DNA of 64,000 nt, taken from sequence record NZ_CP128202.1; one strand, given 5' to 3'. This stretch comes from a plasmid. This document shows, in pieces, positions 43,080 through 52,870 of this stretch. Under the pieces are notes generated by a model that had not been told where the DNA came from, did no database searches, and worked only from the letters and a program-made list of their open reading frames with translations. Within the stretch, counting starts at the first letter, position 1. Each line of letters starts with the position of its first letter. The position numbers and the translations under genes are program-made.

Positions 43080-43944
43080 ATTTTTTGCCTTGCGTGTAAA
43101 TAGCGGGTAAGACTTCCGCATAGTCGGTATATATTTTATTGTCGTATTCAGTTTGAGGCATTGATGATGTGTAGACATAAAACCCTTTGGGTAAATGCTG
43201 AGTAATGCCTGTATAGAATTCCGTAGTATCAATATTCTTGCCGCTCTCGACCGTGAATATTAAATGCGTTGGGATCATTATTAATCTATCTTTTATAGTG
43301 GATTTTTTCACCCCATAGGTATAATAGCTTCCCGCATTTCCCTCTAGCGATTGGTCGGTTTTAGTTAGCACCCCCTCCTTGGGCGTATTTATTTGAAAGC
43401 CCCCCATAAGGTAGTCCACTCCACCATGATTGAGGTAAAAAAGCTTGCCTCGCTCTCCCACGGGTTGCAATTTCACTTCCCCATATTTGCTTAATGCTTC
43501 AAGTGTCGCGGCATTGATTGTATCGATGATGTATTGCTGCGCATCCAGTTCCGAAGAAAACGGGGTAGCGTCTACTTCAATGATCCACTCTGTAGCGCCA
43601 GCAGCGTGATCGCGGCTGGCAATGTTGGCGACTGCCCCCCCTGCTATATCAATCGCACCCGTGAGATCCAGTGTCAGGAGTTTTAAGCCTCCAATTAACA
43701 AAGAGGGATTACCGCCACTTCTTGATCGGCCTACGGCTTGAGTAATTTCGGCTTCCTCTTCTCTGGTGAAGTCGCGGAGTGGGCTATCATTGCGCATCAG
43801 GATAGTTTGATTGGCTACGTTATAGGCGTAACTGTGTTCGTTGCTGAATGGCATCGGTTCAACAGGCTTTGGGGTCGATTTACAACCCACTAAGGTCAAA
43901 CCTAATCCAGCGGCAATTAAAATGGGTTTTATGTATCCTTTCAT
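43057..43944 (-). CDS. lipoprotein (295 aa)
   Basis: Lipobox LTLVGC. Confidence 0.6.
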   Translation of the reverse strand: MKGYIKPILIAAGLGLTLVGCKSTPKPVEPMPFSNEHSYAYNVANQTILMRNDSPLRDFTREEEAEITQAVGRSRSGGNPSLLIGGLKLLTLDLTGAIDIAGGAVANIASRDHAAGATEWIIEVDATPFSSELDAQQYIIDTINAATLEALSKYGEVKLQPVGERGKLFYLNHGGVDYLMGGFQINTPKEGVLTKTDQSLEGNAGSYYTYGVKKSTIKDRLIMIPTHLIFTVESGKNIDTTEFYTGITQHLPKGFYVYTSSMPQTEYDNKIYTDYAEVLPAIYTQGKKYEFIKPE

Positions 43945-44010
43945 TTTCTCGTTCTCATTTTTTGCTGATATAACACTACGGTATCACCGATTATTTTTTT
44001 CCAAAATGCA

Positions 44011-47000
44011 TCATTGGCTGCGACTCCACGCATCCTCATACGCATCGCGGCGAACTTCGTCAGCATCGATATTTTCCATACGCTCTCGATTGGCCTCTAG
44101 GACATTATTTCTGTCTGTTCCGCCTTGCTGAGTGTTCAAATTGGACCCTTTGCCCGTGAGGGAATCAATATTCACATTCACCATGTCGGTGTAATTCCCC
44201 GTACTGATGAGTATGCCAATCCATTCATCCAGATTCACTTCATCCCAATCGACTTTATCCAAATCTTGAATACCGACACCTGTGCAGTTCGGTTTTTTCG
44301 CGGTTCCCCAATTTAAATTCATCTGTGACTGAGCATAAATTTGCTCCATCATGATACGAGATAATGGAGAATCAAATACGCAGTAAGACTGGCGTTTTTC
44401 AATACAGGAACCAAGCACCTCTGTCTTACAATAGGAGCCAATTTTATGCGTCGATAACAGCTCTCGTTTCATAGCTAAATCCAGCTCTTCCTCTTCGCAT
44501 TCGTAGATAACATTGACCAGCAAATTAAACACGACATACGCCAGATATGCGTAATACACATACATCAAGGCTTGTCCGGCGGCGGCCATTTCAGCACTTG
44601 CACCAAGAACCGCTTCACCAGCCGCACTTGTACCCACTTCTTGGAAAAACATTTTCGCTACCTCTGGACCAAAGGTGTCTATCAAAAACTGGTTGGTGTA
44701 TTGCATCATTTGTTGTGCCACTGCGCTCATGAGGCCCTTGTTTGCACCATCTGTTCCCATTTGCGCCACAATATCCGCCGGTGATATAAATTCACCTTGT
44801 ACCGCCGACCAAGCAGATTGAGCCGTGGCACTTCCCCACGTTGATGCGGTTTCCCACACACCAGGATAGTTTTCCAACCCCATGACCTGACCCGTTAGCG
44901 CATCCATCTGCATCATTTTGGTCGTGAGCGAAATGTAATCAGCAAGCGTGACCGCTACAGGGGATTCACAGCAATTCTGCATCCCCCCCACCGCAATTTT
45001 GCATTCGGACGCAGTACCTTTGAAGAGTTCGCACGTAACGTTGGTATCTCCCCCGCTACTGGTTGTGACCGACGAGGTGGACATGGTACTCATTGACATC
45101 GGCTGAGCAGTAGAACTTGCTGACGCAAGGCCCATGAGCTGCTGTCTGCCCACTGTCGTCAACGCAATGTTGTTCTGTTGTTCTTCAGCCATAGAAAGGA
45201 ATTGCTCGGCCACGTACTGTTGCATCGTTTCTTGCGTCAGTTTGGCTTCCTCTGACCCCTGCAACTCGCTGCTTGCGTTCGCTTTGGGAATTAACGTATC
45301 CAGCATGTGCTCGAACGGCGAAAGAACCATTGCAATCACTTCTTGTGTTTGGGTCGGGTTTAGTGGTTCATTGTTCAATTCGAACTGTGATCGAACATTA
45401 GCCAACGGGGAAATACTACTGGATTCGCAACGGTTTTCTTCTGCATTCCAAATAGGGTAACTTGTAGGACAGCTAATGCTAGCTGGTTCTTCGCGTATGC
45501 AACGTCCAGTTGTAGCATTGTAATATGTACCTTCCTCGCTACACACCCATTCAGGAGGACTAACAGAGCCAGCTTTGCACTTACCAGTAGCACTATCATA
45601 AGAGCCTATCGCGCACACTGGATCCTTTGTAGTGTTGACATTAGTACAAATCTCATAGGTATAGTTCCAATCTTGAGTCATAATACACCAGCCAGCAAAA
45701 TGGCCAGTTCCATTATAATTACTTAACGTTCCTCTGCCTCTATTTATGATATTTGAGCTAGGACCCCAACTAGAGTAATTTAACGTTCTACCGCAACCAG
45801 CACTACTACCAGAGTAATATTTCCACTGTTCTCGTTGTTTACCTCTCCAAAACGCACCACTACCTAAATAAGCGTTGCTTGGTTTAATCGTCGCTGGATC
45901 ATCACCACAAAAATCATAGTAAGTGTTGTGGCAAAGACCATCGAGAACCCTCGTTTCAGTCCTTGGTGTATTAAGCCCTGAATGCTCACCATTACTAATG
46001 ACAAAGGCATCTTTATCGAAATAACAACCTTCCTTAATACCTACACATTGCCCATTACTAAGTGTTAAACCACTGTCGCATTGAGCATCCGTATATGTAA
46101 TACCGTTGCAAAGCCCAGTTGCAGCATCGTAAGTTTCATTTGCATTATTGCATTTGGGTACTGCCGGAATATCAAGCAAACACTTATCATCCAAAACACT
46201 CCAAGGATCACCACCTTCAATCAACGGCACACCTTCAGGACACGTTGGTGTCGGCGGTATTTCACAATACCCCGTCTTGGGATTGAGCGTGTGATCAGGA
46301 CTTGGGCAACCACTCGGAATGACTGGTGATTCTGCATTGGTACAGACCTCATAAAAGGTATCAGTCGCCAGTTTTTTCTTTGCCTCACCACATGTATAAG
46401 TCACCCCATTTTTCTTCACGGGTATGCAGGTAGGAACGCTGGCATCATCCACCACCACTTGATTTCCCACCAGCACTTGAATGCCATTGCGCGAGCTCGC
46501 GGCATAAAAATCGTTGTCAGAATAGGTACAGCCTGTTGGTTTCAAACATTGGTTAGTTTGTTTGTTGTAAACGAACCCGTCAGCACAACTTGGAACGGGA
46601 ATGTATTGGTCCGGCGGTGCATCTGCATCGTATGGGGATTCGGGAATGCCTTGGCAGGTCATGTCAGCTTTTGCGTATTTCAGCATTTCCAGATAGGCAT
46701 TCACTTTGCCAAAATCTTCATTCGCGCCATCACGCGCAGGGCTGTAACAATTCTCGCCAACACACTGAAGTTTGCCGTTACAGCGCAATACCTGCTCTTC
46801 TTTCGGCTGTCCCGTTGAAGCCGTGAAGCCACAATCGTAGGTGTCTTCTTGGACATAACAGTGGCCGGAGCTGCCTTCGGCCCCTTCCACACACTCACTC
46901 TTGATATAAGAACACGTAGGGTTCTCTTCGTATTTTTTACACTGATTGCGATCTACTGTGTCATTATCAAAACAGCGCTCTACCCCATTGAGATCCTTTG

Positions 47001-48432
47001 AGCAAAATTGGCCTTCGTTAAACCCACAGTTGGAAGTCACTTCCACTTTTCGACAAAACGGACTGATGCCTAAACTAGCAAATGGGTTCGATTTGAAATT
47101 AGACTCACAGACTTTCACCCCGTTCATCACCGTACAACCGGCTGCATCAAGGCTTGGCATGTCGGTACACTGAAACGAGCCGGTACAGTAACCGTCATCG
47201 ATCTGTTTTTTTACTTGGAAAGCTTTGTCGATGTTTTCTTGCGTTGTCCAATTGTCACCGTACACGAGATCGTTCATGTTGTAGTACACCAACAAAGAGG
47301 AATAGCCTTCCCCTTCCCCCGCTACAGAGGTGCGAGTTTTAAACGTTATCTCACCATATTCAGGCACACTGGTGAATGAACTGGTGACGTTAATGTTAGG
47401 TCGGGTGTCCCAGGAAGTGCTTAACTCACATTTCGTCCCGACTTCGGGCGGAAATTCACCGTTCGGGCCGTTGTAGATTTTCACCCCGTTCAAATACACT
47501 TGGTGATAATCATCGAACTTCGAGCGATCCAGAACGGCATAAGTAATTTTATCCGGCTTCAACACTTCAACGGACATGCTCTCTTCATAAATCGTACACC
47601 AGCCTGGCCAGTAATTGTTGCCTACTGTGCCGATCCAAACCTGTGTGCAGCCATTTCCGCAAGAAACAAGGTTCACCGGACCGCTTTTATGTCTCAAAAT
47701 GCCGACTTTGTATTCGTGGCTGATGGTAAATGTCTCTTCGACAACCGGTAGTTTTTCGCACGTTTCGTATTTCGGCACATGGTAATCCTTGCCTGACGAA
47801 ATGAGCTCAGTCGTGAGTGTGCAGTTGGCAAAGTCTTTGGTAATGTCGGTGAGGTTGTCGAGTACCTGATCGGTGTTCTTCCACATCGGATCGTTGCTTA
47901 AATCCGGCTTTTGAGTAGCAAAAGACCTCTTCAGTAGATGATAAGCTCGTTCACCGCTTGAATCGGCGGTTTCGAGTGTCTTTTGTTCGTATTTATCTTT
48001 CGCTAACTGGCCTTGGATAAGGGTTTTGGAATCACTGCCATAGGTGTCGGTATCAGCGGGGATGTAATCATTGTCGCGCTGACCCGTGAGCTCCTGTTTC
48101 GTCATAATGGCTTTGCCATTGACCATCAGCGAACCATCTGACGAAAAGGTTGGATTAGAGTGTGCGTTTTTGACAGGTTGTTTAACCTGTGTTTTTTGCA
48201 CGTTTGCATTGGGTTGTTTCGCCAAAACCTTAAAGGTGAAGCGAATCAAGCAGAACGCAAGATAGGCAACCAACGAAACCGTTGCCAGTAGGATAAATGC
48301 TGCCACCATCCGAGCTGGATTCTCTGCTTGGTAAGCAACAAAGGCACCAATAAAACACAAAGCAAAAACCGTGAAGTTTTTGAATGATGTTTTTGGTAGA
48401 AGTGTTGATAGGGTTTGAGTTGAAGTGTTCAT
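44011..48432 (-). CDS. giant Cys-rich exported protein, TraN-like (mating-pair stabilisation)
   Basis: 1473 aa, with about 75 Cys in repeated C-x-C modules and a hydrophobic N-terminus. The C-terminal region resembles F-type TraN tails. Confidence 0.45.
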   Translation of the reverse strand: MNTSTQTLSTLLPKTSFKNFTVFALCFIGAFVAYQAENPARMVAAFILLATVSLVAYLAFCLIRFTFKVLAKQPNANVQKTQVKQPVKNAHSNPTFSSDGSLMVNGKAIMTKQELTGQRDNDYIPADTDTYGSDSKTLIQGQLAKDKYEQKTLETADSSGERAYHLLKRSFATQKPDLSNDPMWKNTDQVLDNLTDITKDFANCTLTTELISSGKDYHVPKYETCEKLPVVEETFTISHEYKVGILRHKSGPVNLVSCGNGCTQVWIGTVGNNYWPGWCTIYEESMSVEVLKPDKITYAVLDRSKFDDYHQVYLNGVKIYNGPNGEFPPEVGTKCELSTSWDTRPNINVTSSFTSVPEYGEITFKTRTSVAGEGEGYSSLLVYYNMNDLVYGDNWTTQENIDKAFQVKKQIDDGYCTGSFQCTDMPSLDAAGCTVMNGVKVCESNFKSNPFASLGISPFCRKVEVTSNCGFNEGQFCSKDLNGVERCFDNDTVDRNQCKKYEENPTCSYIKSECVEGAEGSSGHCYVQEDTYDCGFTASTGQPKEEQVLRCNGKLQCVGENCYSPARDGANEDFGKVNAYLEMLKYAKADMTCQGIPESPYDADAPPDQYIPVPSCADGFVYNKQTNQCLKPTGCTYSDNDFYAASSRNGIQVLVGNQVVVDDASVPTCIPVKKNGVTYTCGEAKKKLATDTFYEVCTNAESPVIPSGCPSPDHTLNPKTGYCEIPPTPTCPEGVPLIEGGDPWSVLDDKCLLDIPAVPKCNNANETYDAATGLCNGITYTDAQCDSGLTLSNGQCVGIKEGCYFDKDAFVISNGEHSGLNTPRTETRVLDGLCHNTYYDFCGDDPATIKPSNAYLGSGAFWRGKQREQWKYYSGSSAGCGRTLNYSSWGPSSNIINRGRGTLSNYNGTGHFAGWCIMTQDWNYTYEICTNVNTTKDPVCAIGSYDSATGKCKAGSVSPPEWVCSEEGTYYNATTGRCIREEPASISCPTSYPIWNAEENRCESSSISPLANVRSQFELNNEPLNPTQTQEVIAMVLSPFEHMLDTLIPKANASSELQGSEEAKLTQETMQQYVAEQFLSMAEEQQNNIALTTVGRQQLMGLASASSTAQPMSMSTMSTSSVTTSSGGDTNVTCELFKGTASECKIAVGGMQNCCESPVAVTLADYISLTTKMMQMDALTGQVMGLENYPGVWETASTWGSATAQSAWSAVQGEFISPADIVAQMGTDGANKGLMSAVAQQMMQYTNQFLIDTFGPEVAKMFFQEVGTSAAGEAVLGASAEMAAAGQALMYVYYAYLAYVVFNLLVNVIYECEEEELDLAMKRELLSTHKIGSYCKTEVLGSCIEKRQSYCVFDSPLSRIMMEQIYAQSQMNLNWGTAKKPNCTGVGIQDLDKVDWDEVNLDEWIGILISTGNYTDMVNVNIDSLTGKGSNLNTQQGGTDRNNVLEANRERMENIDADEVRRDAYEDAWSRSQ

Positions 48433-48450
48433 AATGTGTCTCCATTAGAC

Positions 48451-48499
48451 AAAAAAATGGGACACATTACCCCTACGGGCTTTGTGTCCCGTTTGGGGT
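48451..48499 (-). repeat. Bipartite hairpin element, copy upstream of the TraN-like gene
   Basis: aaaaaaa, then gggacaca, acccctacggg, tgtgtccc, cccgtttggggt. Same four-arm topology as the copy at 41066. Confidence 0.5.
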
Positions 48500-48515
48500 T
48501 TGAATTAATATCGAC

Positions 48516-48632
48516 CTATTTATCTAGATGATACTTTTTGCTGTAGTGCTTGACGACTTGCCATCCGACAATACCAAGTATTGTCACAAAGCCAATACAC
48601 ATACCAAGATAGATTAGTGCGCCAGTAGTCAT
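48516..48632 (-). CDS. candidate small membrane peptide (38 aa)
   Basis: MTTGALIYLGMCIGFVTILGIVGWQVVKHYSKKYHLDK with an aggaga RBS. Confidence 0.3.
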   Translation of the reverse strand: MTTGALIYLGMCIGFVTILGIVGWQVVKHYSKKYHLDK

Positions 48633-48682
48633 ATGATTCTCCTTTTCGATAAGTATAACAAAGTGGCGTTTTTTAAACCAAA

Positions 48683-48916
48683 TTATTCCTCTCCATCGCT
48701 GTTTTGAACCATATCACCTATCACCAAGCCCACATCAATAATCACATAGGCGAGCATAAATGCTATACCGACTGCAATTGTGATGACGTTCATTGGGATA
48801 TTGTCTGCTGTGCTAACTAAGTTGATTCCTCCTGTGACCATTATACCTGCGCCTATTGCTAGGAACACATTGGCAAACGCTCGAAGAAATGCTTTTTTTA
48901 TAATATTCATACGCAT
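48683..48916 (-). CDS. small membrane protein (77 aa)
   Basis: Two TM helices. Confidence 0.4.
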   Translation of the reverse strand: MRMNIIKKAFLRAFANVFLAIGAGIMVTGGINLVSTADNIPMNVITIAVGIAFMLAYVIIDVGLVIGDMVQNSDGEE

Positions 48917-48967
48917 TACCTCATTTGTTATTTTGAATATTTAATAACAGAGATAAACGTATGGCCC

Positions 48968-49000
48968 GTAAGGGATAGTTTATCCCCGTTGGGCTGAACA
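48968..49000 (-). repeat. Related palindrome (X-type hairpin only) upstream of the 77-aa gene
   Basis: gcccgtaagggata...tatccccgttgggc. Confidence 0.4.
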
Positions 49001-49060
49001 CATCGTCAAAGTAAAAACTTATCGGATGGTAAAGAGTGACCGTTATTGGTCAATTGAAAA

Positions 49061-50114
49061 GGCCTTGTTGCTTAAATCAATGGAACTAAATCAGGAAGCT
49101 ACGATCTGATCGGCTACACCCATCAATCGTCGTAGCCTCATGCCTAAACCTCGTTACAAAACAACTAACTGGAAGCAGTACAATAAATCCTTAATCAACC
49201 GTGGTTCTCTGGCCTTTTGGATTGATGAGGAAGCGATAGCTGAGTGGAAGCAAAACAAACAAGGCAAGCGTGGTAGATCTCGCCGATTCAGCGACTTAGC
49301 CATTACTACCGCACTGATGGTGAAACGCGTTTTCTCTATGCCCTTGAGAGCGCTGCAAGGTTTTCTAGACTCCGTATTTAAGCTGGCTAACATCCCGCTT
49401 GTTTGCCCGCACTACACCTGTATAAGCCGCCGAGCTAAGGAAGTTGAAGTTTCATTTAAAACCAAAACCAGAGGAGCAATACAACATCTGGCCATTGATG
49501 CCACTGGCCTCAAGGTTTATGGCGAAGGTGAATGGAAGGTCAAGAAGCATGGAACTGATGGGAAGCGAAGAGTCTGGCGTAAGCTGCATATCGCGGTAGA
49601 TACAAGCACCCACGAAATAGTCGCAGCAGAGCTGAGCTTATCTAACGTAACTGATGCCGAAGTGCTCCCCAACTTACTCAAGCAAACACGTCGTAAAATC
49701 ATTGAGATATCAGGCGATGGCGCTTATGACACAAGGAATTGCCATGATGCCATACGGATCAAGCGAGCTGTTCCGCTCATCCCGCCAAGAGAAGGAGCAG
49801 CCTTCTGGGAACAAGGGCATCCTCGTAACTTAGCGGTAGGTTGCCAGAAGCTCTATGGCTCCAACAAGAAGTGGAAAAAGCGGTATGGCTATCATAAGCG
49901 CTCTCTATCAGAGACCGCAATGTACCGAGTAAAACAGCTGCTAGGTGGGAAATTAAGCCTGAGGAACTACAACGCTCAAGTTGGCGAGACTTACGCTATG
50001 ATTAAAGCCCTGAATAAGCTTACAGGGCTTGGTATGCCTGAAACACAGTATATCGGTTAAGAATTAAGCACAATGGGGCAGGCATGGCTTATCTATGAAT
50101 TAAGCAACAAAGCC
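49061..50114 (+). mobile_element. IS903-group insertion sequence, copy 2
   Basis: Its left IR is the variant GGCCTTGTTGCTTAAATC. The right IR is the reverse complement of GGCTTTGTTGCTTAATTC. There is no TSD, and the right end overlaps the 3' end of the resolvase gene. Confidence 0.8.
49140..50060 (+). CDS. IS903-like transposase (306 aa)
   Basis: Near-identical to copy 3 (2 aa differences). Confidence 0.9.
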   Translation: MPKPRYKTTNWKQYNKSLINRGSLAFWIDEEAIAEWKQNKQGKRGRSRRFSDLAITTALMVKRVFSMPLRALQGFLDSVFKLANIPLVCPHYTCISRRAKEVEVSFKTKTRGAIQHLAIDATGLKVYGEGEWKVKKHGTDGKRRVWRKLHIAVDTSTHEIVAAELSLSNVTDAEVLPNLLKQTRRKIIEISGDGAYDTRNCHDAIRIKRAVPLIPPREGAAFWEQGHPRNLAVGCQKLYGSNKKWKKRYGYHKRSLSETAMYRVKQLLGGKLSLRNYNAQVGETYAMIKALNKLTGLGMPETQYIG

Positions 50115-50897
50115 TTTAATAATATCAATTTCGCTGAACCATTCCTGTGTGCTCCAATCGCTCGTATTTTGACTAGTTCGAATCATCACCGTTTGACCAA
50201 TCATCGTTTGAGCTTTGTTCAAAACTTCTAATGCAGACTCTTTGTATTTAGTAATACTCATTTTTCTGGTATCGCCTGTACTATTTTTGATGATAATAAT
50301 TGAACCTACTTTCGATGCTGATACCAGTGTTCCAAAGTCATTCCACACAAAATTGTTCATTTCTAAAACCTTATAAACGGTTGTACGACTGCATCCTAAC
50401 TCTTTACTAATAGCATGCTTGTTCATTCCCTGCTCAGCAAACGCTTCTATGCGTTCATGTAGTTGCTTATCAGGAAATCGTCCGATGTGCCTGCCTTCAG
50501 CTTTAGCTCTCTCCCTGCCCTCGTTACAGCGCTGTAAGATACGTTTTCTTTCCATTTCTGCGAAAGCGGAAATCGTTGTGTAAATGACCCGTCCCACATC
50601 ACTATTGATGTCTAAATCCCCGAGGTCATGAAACACCAGTCCAGCCCCCTTATCTGAAAGCTCATCGGCAATCTTAAGAGCATCTATCGTATTACGTGCA
50701 ATGCGGTCCACTTTAGTTACATGGATAACATCACCTTCACGGGCAAACTCGATCAAGCGAGAAAGCTCTTCACGATCAGCCGACTTTCCGCTGGCTTTTT
50801 CCTGGAATACTTTCTCACATCCTATCGATTGAAGTTGCTCAAGCTGAACATTCAGAGTTTGGTCGTCAGAACTAACACGGGCATAGCCGATTTTCAT
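50100..50897 (-). CDS. serine recombinase (resolvase/invertase family) with extended C-terminus
   Basis: The N-terminal catalytic domain (GYARVSSDDQ) and HTH are followed by an extra about 80 aa. The last codons overlap the IS903 IR. Confidence 0.8.
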   Translation of the reverse strand: MKIGYARVSSDDQTLNVQLEQLQSIGCEKVFQEKASGKSADREELSRLIEFAREGDVIHVTKVDRIARNTIDALKIADELSDKGAGLVFHDLGDLDINSDVGRVIYTTISAFAEMERKRILQRCNEGRERAKAEGRHIGRFPDKQLHERIEAFAEQGMNKHAISKELGCSRTTVYKVLEMNNFVWNDFGTLVSASKVGSIIIIKNSTGDTRKMSITKYKESALEVLNKAQTMIGQTVMIRTSQNTSDWSTQEWFSEIDIIKGFVA

Positions 50898-51097
50898 GAT
50901 AGAGGCCTTAAAGTGAACAATAAGATAAGCAGTAATTAGTGTACATGTTCACTAATAATAATTAAGACTAACTGAACAGTTTTGTGATGGGTGCTTCATT
51001 ATGTCCATAAAGGTACACCTTTATGGACATTTAGTCATAACATTCGAATAGTTTAAATCGTTCGATTCGTTTATAATTAACCCAAAGGAGAGTAACT

Positions 51098-51343
51098 ATG
51101 CAATCATTAACAGCAAATACAGCAAAAACCAAATTTGGCGATTTACTGATGAAGGTTCAGCGTGAACCCGTGCAAATCAGTAAAAATGGCTCACCGGTTG
51201 CGGTGATGATGTCCTGTGAAGAATATGAGCAATTAGAAGCACTCAAGATGATGCTGGTTAAATCTCGTTTTGAACAGGCAGAAATTGATATCAGGAATGG
51301 CGATCTGGTCGATGGTGATGAATTTATGAAATCTCTGGCTTAA
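51098..51343 (+). CDS. Phd/YefM-family antitoxin
   Basis: 81 aa (TKFGDLLMKVQREPVQISKNGSPVAVMMSCEEYEQL). Confidence 0.8.
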   Translation: MQSLTANTAKTKFGDLLMKVQREPVQISKNGSPVAVMMSCEEYEQLEALKMMLVKSRFEQAEIDIRNGDLVDGDEFMKSLA

Positions 51344-51357
51344 GGGTTAATGTTTTC

Positions 51358-51660
51358 ATGAGCAGTTATAAGCTTTCACCTTTAGCCCAGTCTGATCTCA
51401 CTGATATTCGTCGTTACACCATAGAACATTGGGGCAGTACTCAATGGTCCGTCTATTTTAATGAATTACAGGAATCGATGTCATTGCTGGCAAGTAACGA
51501 ACTGATCGGAATTCAGATCCCGGAAATGGGAGAGCGATACTACCGTTTTCCTCTGAAGCACCATGTGATTTATTACATCACTCAGGAAGACCATATCGTT
51601 ATCGTCGCTGTGCTGGGTAAGCATATGTCTCCTGCAAAACATTTTGCGTCTATTTCTTAA
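51358..51660 (+). CDS. ParE/RelE-family toxin
   Basis: 100 aa, starting 14 nt after the antitoxin gene. The ParE fold pattern is present (LSPLAQSDLTDIRRYT...HHVIYYI). Confidence 0.8.
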   Translation: MSSYKLSPLAQSDLTDIRRYTIEHWGSTQWSVYFNELQESMSLLASNELIGIQIPEMGERYYRFPLKHHVIYYITQEDHIVIVAVLGKHMSPAKHFASIS

Positions 51661-52259
51661 TTTTTTAATTTCCGGCGAATAATATAATCACGCAATGTGC
51701 TCGGTGCTTCATCTATCAACTTTGCCGTAGGCCGGATACCTAGCCCCATTTTGAGGTATTTTTCGATTTGATCACGTTTAGCGTCCAGCTTTAATTTATT
51801 TGCCGGCCCTTTAGGTCTGCCAAGAATTACCCCATCCTTTTTGCGTGCCGCCAGTGCTTCTTTGGTCCGCATCGAGATAAACTCGCGTTCAATCTCAGCG
51901 GCGAGCCCAAGCACTGTTGCGGTAATTCTGGCCTGCATAGAGCCGTCCAGCTGCATGTTCTGTTTGGCTATGTACACATCGATTTTTTTCTCCATGCATA
52001 CTTCCAACACTTCAAGTACCTGTAAGGTAGAACGGGCGATACGGCTCACTTCGGCAAAAATGAGTTTATCTCCGGATGTCATGCCCTCTATCAGAGCTCC
52101 GAGTTTGCGCTCGTGCCATTTTTTCTTGCCTGTGACGATGTCTTCAACAAAGCAAAGACCGGATAAACCAACTTTGTTGGCGTATTCATAGATACCGTGC
52201 TTTTGGTTAGCAACATCCTGGCTGTCGGAAGATACTCTAAGGTAGGCGTAGTGGGTCAT
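51657..52259 (-). CDS. serine recombinase / resolvase (200 aa)
   Basis: YAYLRVSSDSQ catalytic motif plus a C-terminal HTH. Confidence 0.85.
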   Translation of the reverse strand: MTHYAYLRVSSDSQDVANQKHGIYEYANKVGLSGLCFVEDIVTGKKKWHERKLGALIEGMTSGDKLIFAEVSRIARSTLQVLEVLEVCMEKKIDVYIAKQNMQLDGSMQARITATVLGLAAEIEREFISMRTKEALAARKKDGVILGRPKGPANKLKLDAKRDQIEKYLKMGLGIRPTAKLIDEAPSTLRDYIIRRKLKN

Positions 52260-52379
52260 GGCAATCTCCTTTTGTTCAGGAGTGTTATAACAATCCCAGA
52301 CATAAAAAAGGTGTGCGATTACCTGGATTGTGACCTTTAAAAAATAAAAAGAAGAAAGAAATGTAATTGTTATTGTTGT

Positions 52380-52870
52380 GGTTAACTGTGTAAATCTTTG
52401 ATTTTCCAGTTATCCACATCAGCTATAAAGATCTATAGATAACTATTAAAACTATACAGACTATAAATCTATAAGATCTATAGTTTATGTAACGTACTGA
52501 TTATTAATAATAAAAATAGCATTTATGATCCTATTTTAGGTATTTAGATAACACTATTCAGGTTGAAATGATCTTATTTCAGGTGTGGTTGATCACTTAT
52601 CAGGTGAATAGATGACACATTTCAGGTGTTAATGATCGTATGTCAGGTGTTTAGATGACAGTTTTTAGGTGTCCGGAAGTCAGATCAGGCACTTACTGAG
52701 CATGGCGGATGTATTACAGCGATTACTACACCTGATTTCTGTCTTTGATACCGCTTAAGTATCACATTTTAGGTGGATCTCGTTCTTTACACCTAAAATG
52801 TGTCATACATCACGTGGATATACCTTATTTATGTCCGTTGTGGGAGATAAGCACCTAAATTATGTCTGCT
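52380..52870. promoter_or_regulatory. Iteron-type plasmid replication origin (oriV)
   Basis: A perfect DnaA box TTATCCACA is at 52418-52426. An AT-rich stretch has short atctatag repeats. Six direct iterons of 21-22 bp (consensus xTTTCAGGTGttaaTGATc) span 52554-52681, with further copies in both orientations at 52726-52866. Confidence 0.65.

Noticed and set aside
36974-49000. I asked whether the recurring GC-rich palindromes could be integron attC sites (a superintegron cassette array) or a CRISPR array.
   Set aside because: There is no intI, no attI, and no conserved R''/R' core (GTTRRRY) pairing. Spacing is irregular and the sequences are not direct repeats. The architecture fits RNA hairpins or terminators better.
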